Origin: an uncultured Patescibacteria group bacterium
Lineage (GTDB): Bacteria; Patescibacteriota; JACMRA01
Assembly: GCA_938041505.1 (NCBI GenBank)
Contig: CALITC010000006.1
Coordinates: 7,389 to 71,388 of the forward strand
Direction of reading: 5' to 3'
DNA length: 64,000 bases
This document shows positions 1 to 10,635 of the stretch, in pieces (the first letter of the stretch is position 1; every line of letters begins with the position of its first letter). The translations under genes and the position numbers were made by a program. The notes below the pieces were generated by a model. The model saw only the letters and a program-made list of their open reading frames with translations. It had not been told where the DNA came from and searched no databases.

Positions 1-434
1 GTATCAGACAAAATCTTGGAACTTTGATATTGACAAATTATGTATAGTAACATACGATATAGGAGTTGTATTCTAATATTGTATAATTACAGTTATTAGA
101 CGCCATTTCAGATAGGACTAGCCTACAGGTGATTCATACAGCTCGCAACCAGTGTTGCTATTTATAGATTTAATTTTTTTTCATTGAGAATACGGCCTCA
201 ACTTCACAGCCGTCATACAAATTCAGTGAACAAATATCGGCCACTCGTCGATCTTCCCTAATTCCTTGCATTATATAATGTGAGGATTTTACTTTGAGCA
301 AAATACATTGACCAATCACCAAGAATCGGCTTAGCTAAATACGAACCATAGAGTAGGAGCAAATCTTTGACCAAACCAGATAACCCACAAGAATACTCTC
401 TAGCACACCAGTTGATATCTCTAATCGGGCCCAC

Positions 435-716
435 ATGGTCTACAGTCACTATAACGAAGGTGCGCAATCAGTAGCCAGCTGCAAATTCACAGTGACGACC
501 ATCAACTTAACAACTTCTATTCCAAATATTCTAAGCCTGTATATCGCCTTCAAGGTATTCTGGGATCAAAGCCCCAATAATAATTTTGGTAACCAGCAGG
601 TCGAGAAAACATTCAATAATCTGGTAGAGCATATAACTCTATACCACCAAGGTGCGCGCGGATCAGTACCCTGGCAAGTCTTTATAGACCAAGTCAAAGA
701 CGAAGTCTCCGCTTAA
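435..716 (+). CDS. hypothetical protein, possibly the 3' remnant of a degraded gene
   Basis: 93-aa ORF followed by a hairpin plus T-run (about 751-778); no recognisable motif. Confidence 0.3.
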   Translation: MVYSHYNEGAQSVASCKFTVTTINLTTSIPNILSLYIAFKVFWDQSPNNNFGNQQVEKTFNNLVEHITLYHQGARGSVPWQVFIDQVKDEVSA

Positions 717-791
717 CATAATAGTGGCAGCTTATGCCACCTCCGCCCTCCTTCTACAATGTTGTGGGGGATTTTTTGTAAATTACTTATA

Positions 792-1059
792 CTTGATCAG
801 CCGAAACAATCCTTTAGCCGGCTTTACACACGATCTGGATATTTTTGAATCAGCTTCCAGACGCAACCATTCACAGTCATAGGGTGTAGAGATGGGTCTG
901 TTTGCTCAACCATTTTGTTAAGCTGAGTCCATTGTAACCCTGAGGGTTCTACTCGAGCAGGTCAAAAATTATCGCATGAGTTTGGTCAGGGATTCTAGGT
1001 TTCATAAACCTAATTCATATCAACAGCAAAAATTTAAAGCGCTCGTGTGCAGAATCAAG
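792..1059 (+). ncRNA. putative multi-stem structured RNA of unknown family
   Basis: Nested complementary segments: CTTGAT/ATCAAG, CACACGA/TCGTGTG, AGCCG/CGGCT, TCTGGA/TCCAGA, AGGGT/ACCCT, GGTCAAA/TTTGGTC, TAGGTTT/AAACCTA; lies between two terminator-like hairpins. Confidence 0.35.
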
Positions 1060-1064
1060 GCAAC

Positions 1065-1098
1065 AAAAAGCCCCTTCGTAATTACGTTGGGGTTGTTA
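1065..1098 (-). terminator. intrinsic terminator, possibly bidirectional
   Basis: AAAAAGCCCCTTCGTAATTACGTTGGGGTT hairpin, giving a U-tract on the minus strand downstream of ORF 1144-1683. Confidence 0.55.
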
Positions 1099-1143
1099 TC
1101 TGTTTTTACTTTATCTGACAAGTCTCTAGCAAACATTCAGCCG

Positions 1144-1683
1144 TTACAATTCCGTAAGCACTCCTTCAATAATATGATAATTATCAATTGGAACAAAAGA
1201 TCTGCCTGGCATAAGAGTAATAACCAAATGGTTCTTGTACGTACCTTGTTCAAGTTTGTTGACTCGAAAGTCTTTCAACTCTTTAGTATGAAAAAGTCGC
1301 TGAGCGAGTTCACCCAAAGCATAGACATTATCTAGAGTGTAATCGTAAGTAAGCAAAACAAAGGTAACATACCTGAATTCAAAATCAAAAAACTTCTTGA
1401 CTTCAATACCAGAAAATAAAAGTATTTTCTCATACTGTTGCCAAGCCATAACTTGGTTGGTGACAATATTTCCCGTTCCAGTGTCCACCCATCGCAATAT
1501 ATTAGATTTGCTTTGTTGTGAGTAATCTACCCTACCAATTACAGTAACACCGCTGGTAAGAAATAATAAATAATCCACTCCTTGATACTCATTGGGGAAT
1601 TCGTTATGCGTTATTCTGTCAGAGTTTTCTGGGTTCCAGGAACTCATCATGTCGTTCCAATTTTGACTTCGCTGTGCCATCAA
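1144..1683 (-). CDS. hypothetical protein
   Basis: 179-aa ORF with a GAGGTG-type RBS near the start and a downstream terminator. Confidence 0.6.
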   Translation of the reverse strand: MMAQRSQNWNDMMSSWNPENSDRITHNEFPNEYQGVDYLLFLTSGVTVIGRVDYSQQSKSNILRWVDTGTGNIVTNQVMAWQQYEKILLFSGIEVKKFFDFEFRYVTFVLLTYDYTLDNVYALGELAQRLFHTKELKDFRVNKLEQGTYKNHLVITLMPGRSFVPIDNYHIIEGVLTEL

Positions 1684-2235
1684 TCACCTCAAATATGTTT
1701 TCTTACTTATCTATATAACATACAAAATATAATAAGTCAAATATCATTAGGTAGCCTTACATAAAATTTTAATAGGAACTATCTTAACCCCGAAAACCTT
1801 TCTATAACAAAATTAACTAAAGCATGTTTTAATATCTTCAACCGTTAGTTTATCTTGCTCGTTCAATTGTGCATTTGTATCCATCTCTCCATTCTCAAAA
1901 TATATAGCAATAATTGCCTGAATCTCTAGGAGTCCTTTGGTGCTTATACCAACAAAACAGAATGATTCAATCAGTTGATGCTTCGTCACTGATACTCTCT
2001 GAAGCAAATTGAGCAATAGCCTCTTCTTCAAACTCACCTGGATAATATTGTGTAAGTCTTCGCCGGTTTGAGGATGTCTCTCGTTGATACTTCGAAGTAA
2101 GTCAAAATTATCGCATAAGCTCGCCCTGTCTTCGTTGATTGATTAGCATTAAGACACATACATATAAAAGAAAAATAAAAAACCCCTGTCAAAATCTCGA
2201 CAAGGGCAGGTATACCGACCAAGTGGTCTGATAAA

Positions 2236-2805
2236 TTATTCTTTGGTAAGCATATACTTCTCCATATTGTCTTGAGTACCGCATAAGCCCATACCCAACC
2301 AAGTCAGAAGCCGCTTACTCCGAAAATTATCTGGTTTCACAAGTGCGTAGATATTAGTAAAGCCAATTGTTTGTAGCTCACCAACAAACGCAGTCAAAGC
2401 ATTCGTCATATATCCCTTATGATAAGGATTAGACCAGTATCCGAGCTCAGCTGAATACTCGCTTTGCTGGCGAACCTCAACTGCCCCCACTAATCTCTCA
2501 CCTTCCAGCATTAGAAACACAATATTTTGCCCTCTCGACTGCCACTGAGCTACAAAATGATCAAGCCATTCTTGCGCATCTTGGCGAGTATATTTGGGCT
2601 CTTGTCCAGTCCGCTCAGCAATAAACGGAAGGTCTTTGAACATCACCGAGTAATTCGGCTCACTCCGGCATATATGGGTAACCTGGTCGGCAAGATTCAC
2701 AAAGTAATTAAGTGTATTCAGCGGAACAATTTCACACTTCTTGTCAGAAGGGTAATGTCGAAACACAATTGAATTCAGCTCAAAGAGCCGATGGTTAATA
2801 TTCAT
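2236..2805 (-). CDS. GNAT family N-acetyltransferase (RimJ/RimL-like)
   Basis: Motifs AELGYW, HKGYMTNAL, N..S.RLL..LG. Confidence 0.85.
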   Translation of the reverse strand: MNINHRLFELNSIVFRHYPSDKKCEIVPLNTLNYFVNLADQVTHICRSEPNYSVMFKDLPFIAERTGQEPKYTRQDAQEWLDHFVAQWQSRGQNIVFLMLEGERLVGAVEVRQQSEYSAELGYWSNPYHKGYMTNALTAFVGELQTIGFTNIYALVKPDNFRSKRLLTWLGMGLCGTQDNMEKYMLTKE

Positions 2806-2991
2806 AAAATGATCACCTTAAGCAAAAATATAATAATTCGAATAGCAATAAGTGCTAATCCAGCCTACCACAAATTCCATTAATTGGCAATATTTTAAAT
2901 AACAAGTTTTACCATCAATACCGCAAAAGGCTTGACATATTTAAAAAGAGAGGCTTAATTTATCTTAAATAAGAGGATAGGAGTTCGTATT

Positions 2992-4899
2992 TTGAACAAA
3001 TTACCATCAGCAAACTTGAACAAAACTCAGTACATTATCGACTCAGGGACAACCGAAAATGATCTTTGGGGCGAGTTTAAAATGTCAAATCTGCACGACC
3101 CACTATTTAATATAGTAGAGCATAATGAATTTTTACAAACCCAAGATGATTGCGGCGCACCATGTATTCCTTTGGTAAAATATGAAGAACTAAAGTCAAA
3201 ACTACTCAATAGCTGCAAAGGTTACGAACAATTTTTACAGACATACTTAGAAGAGAGGGTTAGTCAGTATGAATCGCCTCGCAAAGTCGCAAGTCAAATC
3301 GCGCTTCGAGGTAGCGCCTACTATGAAAGCTTTGTCATTGGAAATGTGTCAAGTGACAAAAAAATAGATGTTCTTAAAAACTTAAAGGTCGATATTGATT
3401 TCTATAACATTTGCCAACAAAGTCGCAAAGATATACCCAAAGAATTTGTTCTAATGGTCATCGACCATATTAAGAACATTTTATTTAAAGTAATGTACGG
3501 TCTAGTAACAGAAGGTATAGAATTCAAAAACTTCAACATCAATGATTGGTATTACCTAGACAGCTTAGCTAAATCTTTATGGGAAGGGTATGCACGGGTA
3601 TTATTTGAAGCAAATGGAAAAATTACAGGCTCATTAGATTTTACTAGATTGATTAGTTTATTTAGCGAATTAAAAATCACTGGAAAAATTAAAGAACTAG
3701 ACAGTCCAAAAAACCTGCTGAGGTTTGCCAGATCAGCTGAGCTAGCAAACATCGACTATACTTGCTGCGCCTCACTTCTGTACGGAGGAATAGAAATTCC
3801 ATATGCACTACATGGATATAATTCTGCGTTTAATCTAAAAATAAACGCTAAGACGCTACCGGTAGTATTTTCAACAAATCGAGTTCACAAAGGTATTATT
3901 GATAGTAAGATTATTGATTGCAACGGTGTTATAAACAAAAACCAGTTACACAATATCATACCTTCAGAGTTAATAAATAAAATATCTAATGAAGACCAAA
4001 TCTTAATTGTAGATAACAACATCACCACAGGTTATTCTGTGAAAATTGTCCGGAATACTTTGGAACAAATTTTTTCCAAAGTGTATATCGGCGTACCTGA
4101 AATATATTTTGGAGAAATAAAGAAAATTTCTGAAAGAAATCCTGGTTTTGAGGACAAAGATATTTTCGTATCTGGGGAAGATTTAGCCATTAGACCTATT
4201 GATAAATACGTAACGTGTTTTGGGGTAAAAGATAGCAGTAAGGTTGTAAATCGCATAATGTTTCTGCTAAAAAATAAAAACTATCAACAAATTGTTGGTT
4301 ATGATTTTGACGATACCATTGCAGAAACAGGTTATCTTCACGGAGAAGCCTGGGATTATTCTCTCAAAAAAGTTGGCTTTAATCACCTAAGTGTTAGTGA
4401 CCTACCCAGCAACTCTGGAATGACCAATTACAACGCCGGATTAAACATTTACAATTGGCTAATAGAAAATAAATGCGAACTTAGCATGCCTGCAGATAAT
4501 TTTGCGAAACAACTTGTGAAGTTAAAATTTGAGTATCTTATGGCTTATGACATGAATAAAATCCCTATTATTGCATCAACTGTTAATAAAATAATAGCAG
4601 ATTCTGTTATCGACACCCAAATAATTGTCACAAATAATAACTTAGAATTTATTGTATACTTCCTCAAGCAAAGGAACTTGTTACAATATTTTTCTTACAT
4701 AATATGTGCAGATTATGGACTCAGAGTCAATGGTGGAGAGAAAATCAAGCTTACTGGCAACGCTAAACCTAGTATAGACGCTTATACCGAAGCTCGTAAG
4801 TACTTTAAATTGCCTCCCATTAGAGAGTTTTACGGAGACAGCAAACTCACAGATAAAGTATTTGCCGAAAGGATAGGTGCAAAATTCCACTTGGTTTAA
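2992..4899 (+). CDS. phosphoribosyltransferase-like / HAD phosphatase fusion protein (start may be ATG 3082)
   Basis: PRPP-loop-like ILIVDNNITTG; C-terminal HAD motifs DFDDT, KP and GDS...D. Confidence 0.7.
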   Translation: MNKLPSANLNKTQYIIDSGTTENDLWGEFKMSNLHDPLFNIVEHNEFLQTQDDCGAPCIPLVKYEELKSKLLNSCKGYEQFLQTYLEERVSQYESPRKVASQIALRGSAYYESFVIGNVSSDKKIDVLKNLKVDIDFYNICQQSRKDIPKEFVLMVIDHIKNILFKVMYGLVTEGIEFKNFNINDWYYLDSLAKSLWEGYARVLFEANGKITGSLDFTRLISLFSELKITGKIKELDSPKNLLRFARSAELANIDYTCCASLLYGGIEIPYALHGYNSAFNLKINAKTLPVVFSTNRVHKGIIDSKIIDCNGVINKNQLHNIIPSELINKISNEDQILIVDNNITTGYSVKIVRNTLEQIFSKVYIGVPEIYFGEIKKISERNPGFEDKDIFVSGEDLAIRPIDKYVTCFGVKDSSKVVNRIMFLLKNKNYQQIVGYDFDDTIAETGYLHGEAWDYSLKKVGFNHLSVSDLPSNSGMTNYNAGLNIYNWLIENKCELSMPADNFAKQLVKLKFEYLMAYDMNKIPIIASTVNKIIADSVIDTQIIVTNNNLEFIVYFLKQRNLLQYFSYIICADYGLRVNGGEKIKLTGNAKPSIDAYTEARKYFKLPPIREFYGDSKLTDKVFAERIGAKFHLV

Positions 4900-4976
4900 A
4901 ACTCTTATTTTTGCCTGTATACAAATATACAGGCAATATTCTTGCAAAATAATAATTTTTGAAGTAGTAATCTCTT

Positions 4977-5858
4977 ATGAATCATAAAATACTTGTCGTC
5001 GGACCCACTTTTTTGGATATTCAAGTGTTTCTCAAAAATATTCATAAGGGCTCTATCAAAAATAGCTTTAGCATCGGAGGAAAAGGTTATAATATTGCCA
5101 GAAATCTTACTGCTTTCAACATCCAAGTTGACCTCGCCACAATGTACGGAAGTGATGATACTGGAGAATACATTGCTAAACAACTAGCAACTTCTGGAAT
5201 AGGCTTACTACCTGAGAACAAATTAGAGGCCTCTGGTGGGGTTTTTGTTGGTGTGCATGACTCGTCTGGCAATAGTATCCTTGATAAAGCAGACACCTCG
5301 ATGTTTCCACTTCAAAAACTATCCACCTCTTTGGAAAGCTATACCGAAATAATTGTACTTAGCTCCACCAATACGAAGATACTAAACTACATCAAAAGTC
5401 AAAAATCAAAGTTCAGCTTCACTCTATGCCTAGAATTTTCAGGAAAAAAAACTATCAACCATATCATGCCTTATTTAGACATGTTTGATTTTATCATAGC
5501 TAACAAAGAAGAAACTGAGGCACTTCTACAAATCTCCACAGAACAAACCAGCCTCACAGCTTCTATCAACGCTTTTAGTCAGCTAAACAAATGTATATTG
5601 ATTACCACAATAGATAAAGATGGAATAATAGTAAGTAAGAATGGCGAATCATTTACACACCCTATTCATAAACTACAAGAATCTCTTGTCTCAACAGTTG
5701 GCGCCGGGGACTCAGTAACAGCGTCGATAGTTGCTCTTCACTATCACCTCAACTACACACTCGATAATGCAAGCCAAAAAGCTATGGAGATGGCAGCCTA
5801 CATGGTGCGTCAACCAGAACCTTATTTTACCTCCCTACCAACCCAAGTAACTTTTTAA
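4977..5858 (+). CDS. PfkB/ribokinase family carbohydrate kinase
   Basis: GGKGYNIARNL, G.DDTG, NKEE and STVGAGDS signatures. Confidence 0.9.
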   Translation: MNHKILVVGPTFLDIQVFLKNIHKGSIKNSFSIGGKGYNIARNLTAFNIQVDLATMYGSDDTGEYIAKQLATSGIGLLPENKLEASGGVFVGVHDSSGNSILDKADTSMFPLQKLSTSLESYTEIIVLSSTNTKILNYIKSQKSKFSFTLCLEFSGKKTINHIMPYLDMFDFIIANKEETEALLQISTEQTSLTASINAFSQLNKCILITTIDKDGIIVSKNGESFTHPIHKLQESLVSTVGAGDSVTASIVALHYHLNYTLDNASQKAMEMAAYMVRQPEPYFTSLPTQVTF

Positions 5859-5865
5859 TACCAAC

Positions 5866-6822
5866 ATGACTTTCGCCAAACACACCACAACCTCCCTTCA
5901 GGCGGTACAAGATACATTCAACCACACTCATAATTTTGCACCTCTTACATCAGATATTAACAGAATTTACTTTGTAGGTAGTGGATCCTCGTACTCACAA
6001 TCTATATATGGAGCACAATTAACTAGGAAATTTTTAGGCATAGAGGCTATTTACACTAATCCTTACTCTTTTGTTAAATACGATAATATCACATCGCATG
6101 ATTTAGTTATTCACCTATCACAAGAAGCAAAACGTAACGACAACAGGTGCCCGTTACTGCACGCAAAAAGGAAAGGGGCACGCACAATACTTTTCACTTC
6201 CAAAACAACAGATCTATATAACATTACCGATGAGGTGTATTGGTTTGCTCCTGAAATAGAAAAAATTCTTGTTGCCTCCATGAGTTATGCATCTGGTTAT
6301 GCGGCCCTGCTAAAATGGATAACTTTCCAATGCACACATAAAGACAACCCTGTGCCTCATATAGATTACAAAGTAATATCCGATGTAATGAGCACAAGAC
6401 TGAGTCAGAAGTTCCAAGTAACACCAGAATTCACTTGTTTTCTATATGCTGGTTTTGCTCAATCTGTCGCAGTTGAAGGAGCTCTTAAAATCAACGAATG
6501 TTTACTTATAGATAGCGAATCATATGAACTCAAACATTACTCACATGGAAAACATTTTGTAAGCTACAATAAGCCTCGATCCTACGTTGTTCTAGAGCAT
6601 ATTACAGATTCTGAGCTAGTCGACCTCTACAAAGATACTATTTTCGAACCTCACCACAACATCACCAGAATAGCAAGTTCTTTATCCCCAGAGCTCGCAG
6701 TATTCGAATGGCTAAGTGGTATGCTCAAATACACAGTAGATGGAATGCAGTCCGTACATCTAACACTAGACAAAATCCCAGTGAGAGATTCTATACGCAG
6801 ACCTCATCAATACAAATACTAA
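5866..6822 (+). CDS. double-SIS domain sugar-phosphate isomerase/deglycase (GlmS C-terminal / FrlB-like)
   Basis: IYFVGSGSSY, EGALKINE and YSHG motifs; 7 bp downstream of the kinase gene. Confidence 0.8.
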   Translation: MTFAKHTTTSLQAVQDTFNHTHNFAPLTSDINRIYFVGSGSSYSQSIYGAQLTRKFLGIEAIYTNPYSFVKYDNITSHDLVIHLSQEAKRNDNRCPLLHAKRKGARTILFTSKTTDLYNITDEVYWFAPEIEKILVASMSYASGYAALLKWITFQCTHKDNPVPHIDYKVISDVMSTRLSQKFQVTPEFTCFLYAGFAQSVAVEGALKINECLLIDSESYELKHYSHGKHFVSYNKPRSYVVLEHITDSELVDLYKDTIFEPHHNITRIASSLSPELAVFEWLSGMLKYTVDGMQSVHLTLDKIPVRDSIRRPHQYKY

Positions 6823-6830
6823 AACCAGAT

Positions 6831-7253
6831 CTATTTTACTCGTCTTTTGATCACCACCTCCACCTCATTGTCCTCCAAGTTAGTCAAGCTAAAACACCAT
6901 GGAGATCTTGTGTCTCCAGCGGCACAATTAGACTCATCCATACCCAACACTTCGTTGGCACCTACCGCCCCCGCGATATTGATAATGATCTCACTCTCCA
7001 TATCCGAACCTCCAAGCAGCTTAGCAAACTCCGTCCCTAAATCTTGAGCTGTGTGAATGTCTCGCCTATAATTAATAGTGTAGATATCCTCAGAATACTG
7101 AGCTTCAAAACCTTCCATATTCGATTCGTAAACTACCATATTATTTTCTGATGCAGATACTTGTTGCTCTGAAGCACTACTATTGGCAAAGTAACCAACT
7201 ACCCCAATAGTAAATAGTCCTAGCGAAATTGCTGCTGATACTTGTTTGATCAT
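6831..7253 (-). CDS. hypothetical exported protein
   Basis: N-terminal signal/TM segment followed by an acidic domain. Confidence 0.65.
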   Translation of the reverse strand: MIKQVSAAISLGLFTIGVVGYFANSSASEQQVSASENNMVVYESNMEGFEAQYSEDIYTINYRRDIHTAQDLGTEFAKLLGGSDMESEIIINIAGAVGANEVLGMDESNCAAGDTRSPWCFSLTNLEDNEVEVVIKRRVK

Positions 7254-7583
7254 ATTTTTTTGTTTTTGTTATTCCGTTATTCAAAGTATACACCAGTTAC
7301 ACGAAATTGACAAAACATCAGTGGTGCTAAAGTAATTTTGCAAAAAAAATAACCACCTTGAGCAAGTAAAGTGGCTAAATAAGTAAAAAGCAGAATGTTA
7401 AAATCAAGATTGATAAAGCACAACGACAGTAGCAAAAGTGAGCACACACGACACCGCCGCCAATGCAAAACCTATAAGTAAGTGTTTGTTATAATGTACA
7501 CCAAAAAATTCGAGCATTAATTTTTTAATAATATCCATTCATCTATAAATATCAATATAGCGTATTTGAAGAATTTTCACAAG

Positions 7584-9215
7584 TTAGATATCCAGGATGA
7601 GTTCAGACACCCACTGCTTTATCTTATCTAGCCAAGTATCTTGCAGCGGATCTACTGTTGCAGCTGGTACCGTAATTGCTTCACTCTCTCCACACCTTAC
7701 ACGCCCATCTGCACCAGTGATATACTCGCCGCACAATCTCAACCTATTACCCTCAATCTCTTGACCGTTCTGGCTGTAGCTAAATGGCTCAGCAACCTCT
7801 CGAAGTATACGCAGATTATCATCTACATCATTTTCGGGGAAACGGGCACTAAGGATAGCTAATGCGCCACTCACAGCCGGGGCAGACATAGAGGTACCCG
7901 TCATAAGAGCATACTGATTATCAGGAGCGCTCGAACCGATACGCGAACCAGGGGCGTAGATATCTACAGTTGCGTGACGATTCGAACCAGGGTGCAGCCT
8001 ACCATCATCCAGAACGTTTCCCACACTCACCGCACTCGTGATACATGCTGGCATTGCCACCCCATAGAGACCACTATTTCCGGCAGCCACCACCGAAGCC
8101 ACGCCAAGATCTTTGAGATTAGTAATAGCCGCTGTCATATCTCGGAAGAACCTATCGCACTCCCCAGCCGTGGCCTGAACCGAACCAACGCTCAAATTAA
8201 TCGCAGCTAAGTTAGACGGAGCCTGGCCACGCTGCTGCATAACTTTAACAAGTGCCAAATAGCTCATTGCTTCCAGCTGATCCGACTGAAAACTCACAAT
8301 ACACGGAGCTGGTCTCTCACCGCACCCTTGAGCCCCAGGAGCGTCGACTCGGCTAAACACCTGAATAGCGAGCAAATCCGCACCACGCGCAACACCGTTG
8401 AACTGAGGGCTCTGCAAAACCGGCGAACGCGAAGCTATCTCCTCATTACTCCCTGCGGCAATTCCAGCCACATGAGTGCCATGGCCACACCCAGGAAGAT
8501 CGCAAGGCTCTGCTGCCCCCACTCCTTGCTGCACTTCTGCCTCATCGGGGCACAAACTAGTAGCAAAACGGCTATTAGTCGAAAAACAGGCCTCCATCAC
8601 CACCCGGCCTTGCAAAAACTCATGATCCCTATCAACACCGGTATCCAAAATCGCGATCATTTGATCAGCACCTGTTCCACTTGCACCACTATTCCAGCTC
8701 GTTGTGGCGCCGATTATCGGGTTACTCGAATCAAGTGAGGGAGTCATCAAGCCATCTATCTCAATGCTAAACTCAGGTGGGGTTTTTTGAAAAATAGCGC
8801 TCAGCTCAGACTCGCTCTCAACCTCAACAGTCAGCAGCGGTGAAAGCTGGCTCATCTCAACTTGTTCTCTACTCAAGCCAAGTAGCTCCATAAGCTGCCT
8901 CTGCTCAGTCTCATACAGGTACGGTAGCTCAAACCCCTCACCCATCATTGCATCTTCTCCAGAACTGCTTTGGGCAAATTCTTGTAGCTTACTTACCTGC
9001 CCCTCTCCACTGGGATCAAGGTTAATCAGCATTCTTAAACTTCCATTATCTTGAAGATTATGCAGTATCTGCTCGTAAGTAATCACACTCTGGGGAGGCG
9101 GTGCTGTCTCTTGACCAAAAACCGGCATCGAGGCGAGCACAGAAACAAAAAGACCAATTAGTGAAAACAGGGCGACAAAGCGCGTAAAATAAATATGTAA
9201 TATAGTTGCAAACAA
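7584..9215 (-). CDS. secreted S8 (subtilisin-like) serine peptidase
   Basis: Catalytic triad motifs ILDTG, HGTHVAG, GTSMSAP; oxyanion AAGN; signal peptide. Confidence 0.92.
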   Translation of the reverse strand: MFATILHIYFTRFVALFSLIGLFVSVLASMPVFGQETAPPPQSVITYEQILHNLQDNGSLRMLINLDPSGEGQVSKLQEFAQSSSGEDAMMGEGFELPYLYETEQRQLMELLGLSREQVEMSQLSPLLTVEVESESELSAIFQKTPPEFSIEIDGLMTPSLDSSNPIIGATTSWNSGASGTGADQMIAILDTGVDRDHEFLQGRVVMEACFSTNSRFATSLCPDEAEVQQGVGAAEPCDLPGCGHGTHVAGIAAGSNEEIASRSPVLQSPQFNGVARGADLLAIQVFSRVDAPGAQGCGERPAPCIVSFQSDQLEAMSYLALVKVMQQRGQAPSNLAAINLSVGSVQATAGECDRFFRDMTAAITNLKDLGVASVVAAGNSGLYGVAMPACITSAVSVGNVLDDGRLHPGSNRHATVDIYAPGSRIGSSAPDNQYALMTGTSMSAPAVSGALAILSARFPENDVDDNLRILREVAEPFSYSQNGQEIEGNRLRLCGEYITGADGRVRCGESEAITVPAATVDPLQDTWLDKIKQWVSELILDI

Positions 9216-9577
9216 AATAGTTAGACCTCAATTACAGTTGTATTAAACCACAAAAAATTACCCTCTAACCATAGCGTATCAATTATCGAGCAGATAAAAA
9301 TACACACAAACACAACTCGGGTTGTGAATGATAAATTGGGCAAAAATGCGGTAAACTAAAGAAAGTAATCCAGGTTAATGTATAAAGTATCGGTAACCTA
9401 AAGTTTAAGTAGATTCTTGTCAAGGGAATGTCGAAGAAGCAGGGTACTAGATCAATATTATCGACCGAACCATACGGGTCTTTCCTGTTTCAGTTGAATC
9501 TCTCGGCGCGCAGACAACAAAAAAGCCCATTTACAAATTATAAATAGACTTGAAGACCAACTCACAAAAGTAAATTG

Positions 9578-9928
9578 TTAGGTAGCTACTGGTAGCTTGG
9601 GAGCATTAATTCGCTCCCCGTCACCACACACACTAAAAACAATTGATTCTTCATCAACGAACAATGCCGGGTAAAGACCTTCAACGTCTTCACAAGATAC
9701 CCTTATATCTTCAATCGATTCCAACTCTCTACGCAGTGATTTGTAGTATAGATCTGTAACCATAACTACAACAATTAAATTTTGATCTTGCCTTGCCTGT
9801 TCACAAGCTTGAACCCAATCATTCGCTATAATAGTGCCACCATTACGTTGAACAGTTCCATATCTAACTTCTGATGTACTTGGAATAGCGGCTATTGCAG
9901 ACTGAATCTTTACGTGAATACTTTTCAT
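9578..9928 (-). CDS. hypothetical protein
   Basis: 116-aa ORF with GAGGA RBS and upstream TTGACA. Confidence 0.6.
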   Translation of the reverse strand: MKSIHVKIQSAIAAIPSTSEVRYGTVQRNGGTIIANDWVQACEQARQDQNLIVVVMVTDLYYKSLRRELESIEDIRVSCEDVEGLYPALFVDEESIVFSVCGDGERINAPKLPVAT

Positions 9929-10057
9929 TATTGTCCTCTATTACTTGACCAGCTCGTATTTTGCCATAAAAAATAGTAATTGTCAAATAAACTATCAAGG
10001 CGACAAAAAAAGTCGCTTTATTATTAAAAAGCAACTCATAATTATGTTTTTACAGAA

Positions 10058-10426
10058 CTAGATTTCTTCAAAATTAGCCATCTTATCGAGAGACTTTCTC
10101 TTCGAAGATCGACAATAAGGCAACCAACAAAAAACTATAAAGCCTGTCATAAGTAAAAACTGTACAATAATTTTCGCTTGCGCACCATATCGGAACAACA
10201 AAAGTACCAAGTGAATATCTACGACTAAGAGAATCCCCAGGTTAACAAGCGAAAGAAAATAGGACTTAATACTCTGGAGATAATTCATTATATTCTCAAT
10301 GAATCTCCGTTGTTTAACTAGCCGAATCTCAACATGTTTTACAACGATCTTTACAGTAATGAGTACGGATTTTAGTAATATTAACTTCTGTTTCTTTGGC
10401 TTAATTTTTCCTGATATATTAGCCAT
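10058..10426 (-). CDS. hypothetical membrane protein
   Basis: Two hydrophobic segments; GAGG RBS and upstream TTGACA. Confidence 0.55.
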   Translation of the reverse strand: MANISGKIKPKKQKLILLKSVLITVKIVVKHVEIRLVKQRRFIENIMNYLQSIKSYFLSLVNLGILLVVDIHLVLLLFRYGAQAKIIVQFLLMTGFIVFCWLPYCRSSKRKSLDKMANFEEI

Positions 10427-10583
10427 TTTAAGACGCCTCTTGTATCTTAACTATGACACTCTAATTATCTTTAAGCAATCTGTCAAAGCAGATTATTAAG
10501 GCAAACAAAACAAAAAACAAAATATTTCACATACCAAACAATAGTCAACTTGTACATGGCTTAAATAAAGCAAATGAAGGTGT

Positions 10584-10612
10584 TTGACATATTTCGCTCC
10601 AAAGCCTATTAT
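10584..10612 (+). promoter_or_regulatory. sigma70-type promoter reading into a non-coding region
   Basis: TTGACA-17 bp-TATTAT, with no ORF for about 600 nt downstream. Confidence 0.7.
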
Positions 10613-10635
10613 TACTAATAGATTATTTTCAACAA

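Noticed and set aside
1813-2222. Two overlapping short minus-strand ORFs as real genes
   Set aside because: No motifs and weak starts; they may be a decayed gene but cannot be supported
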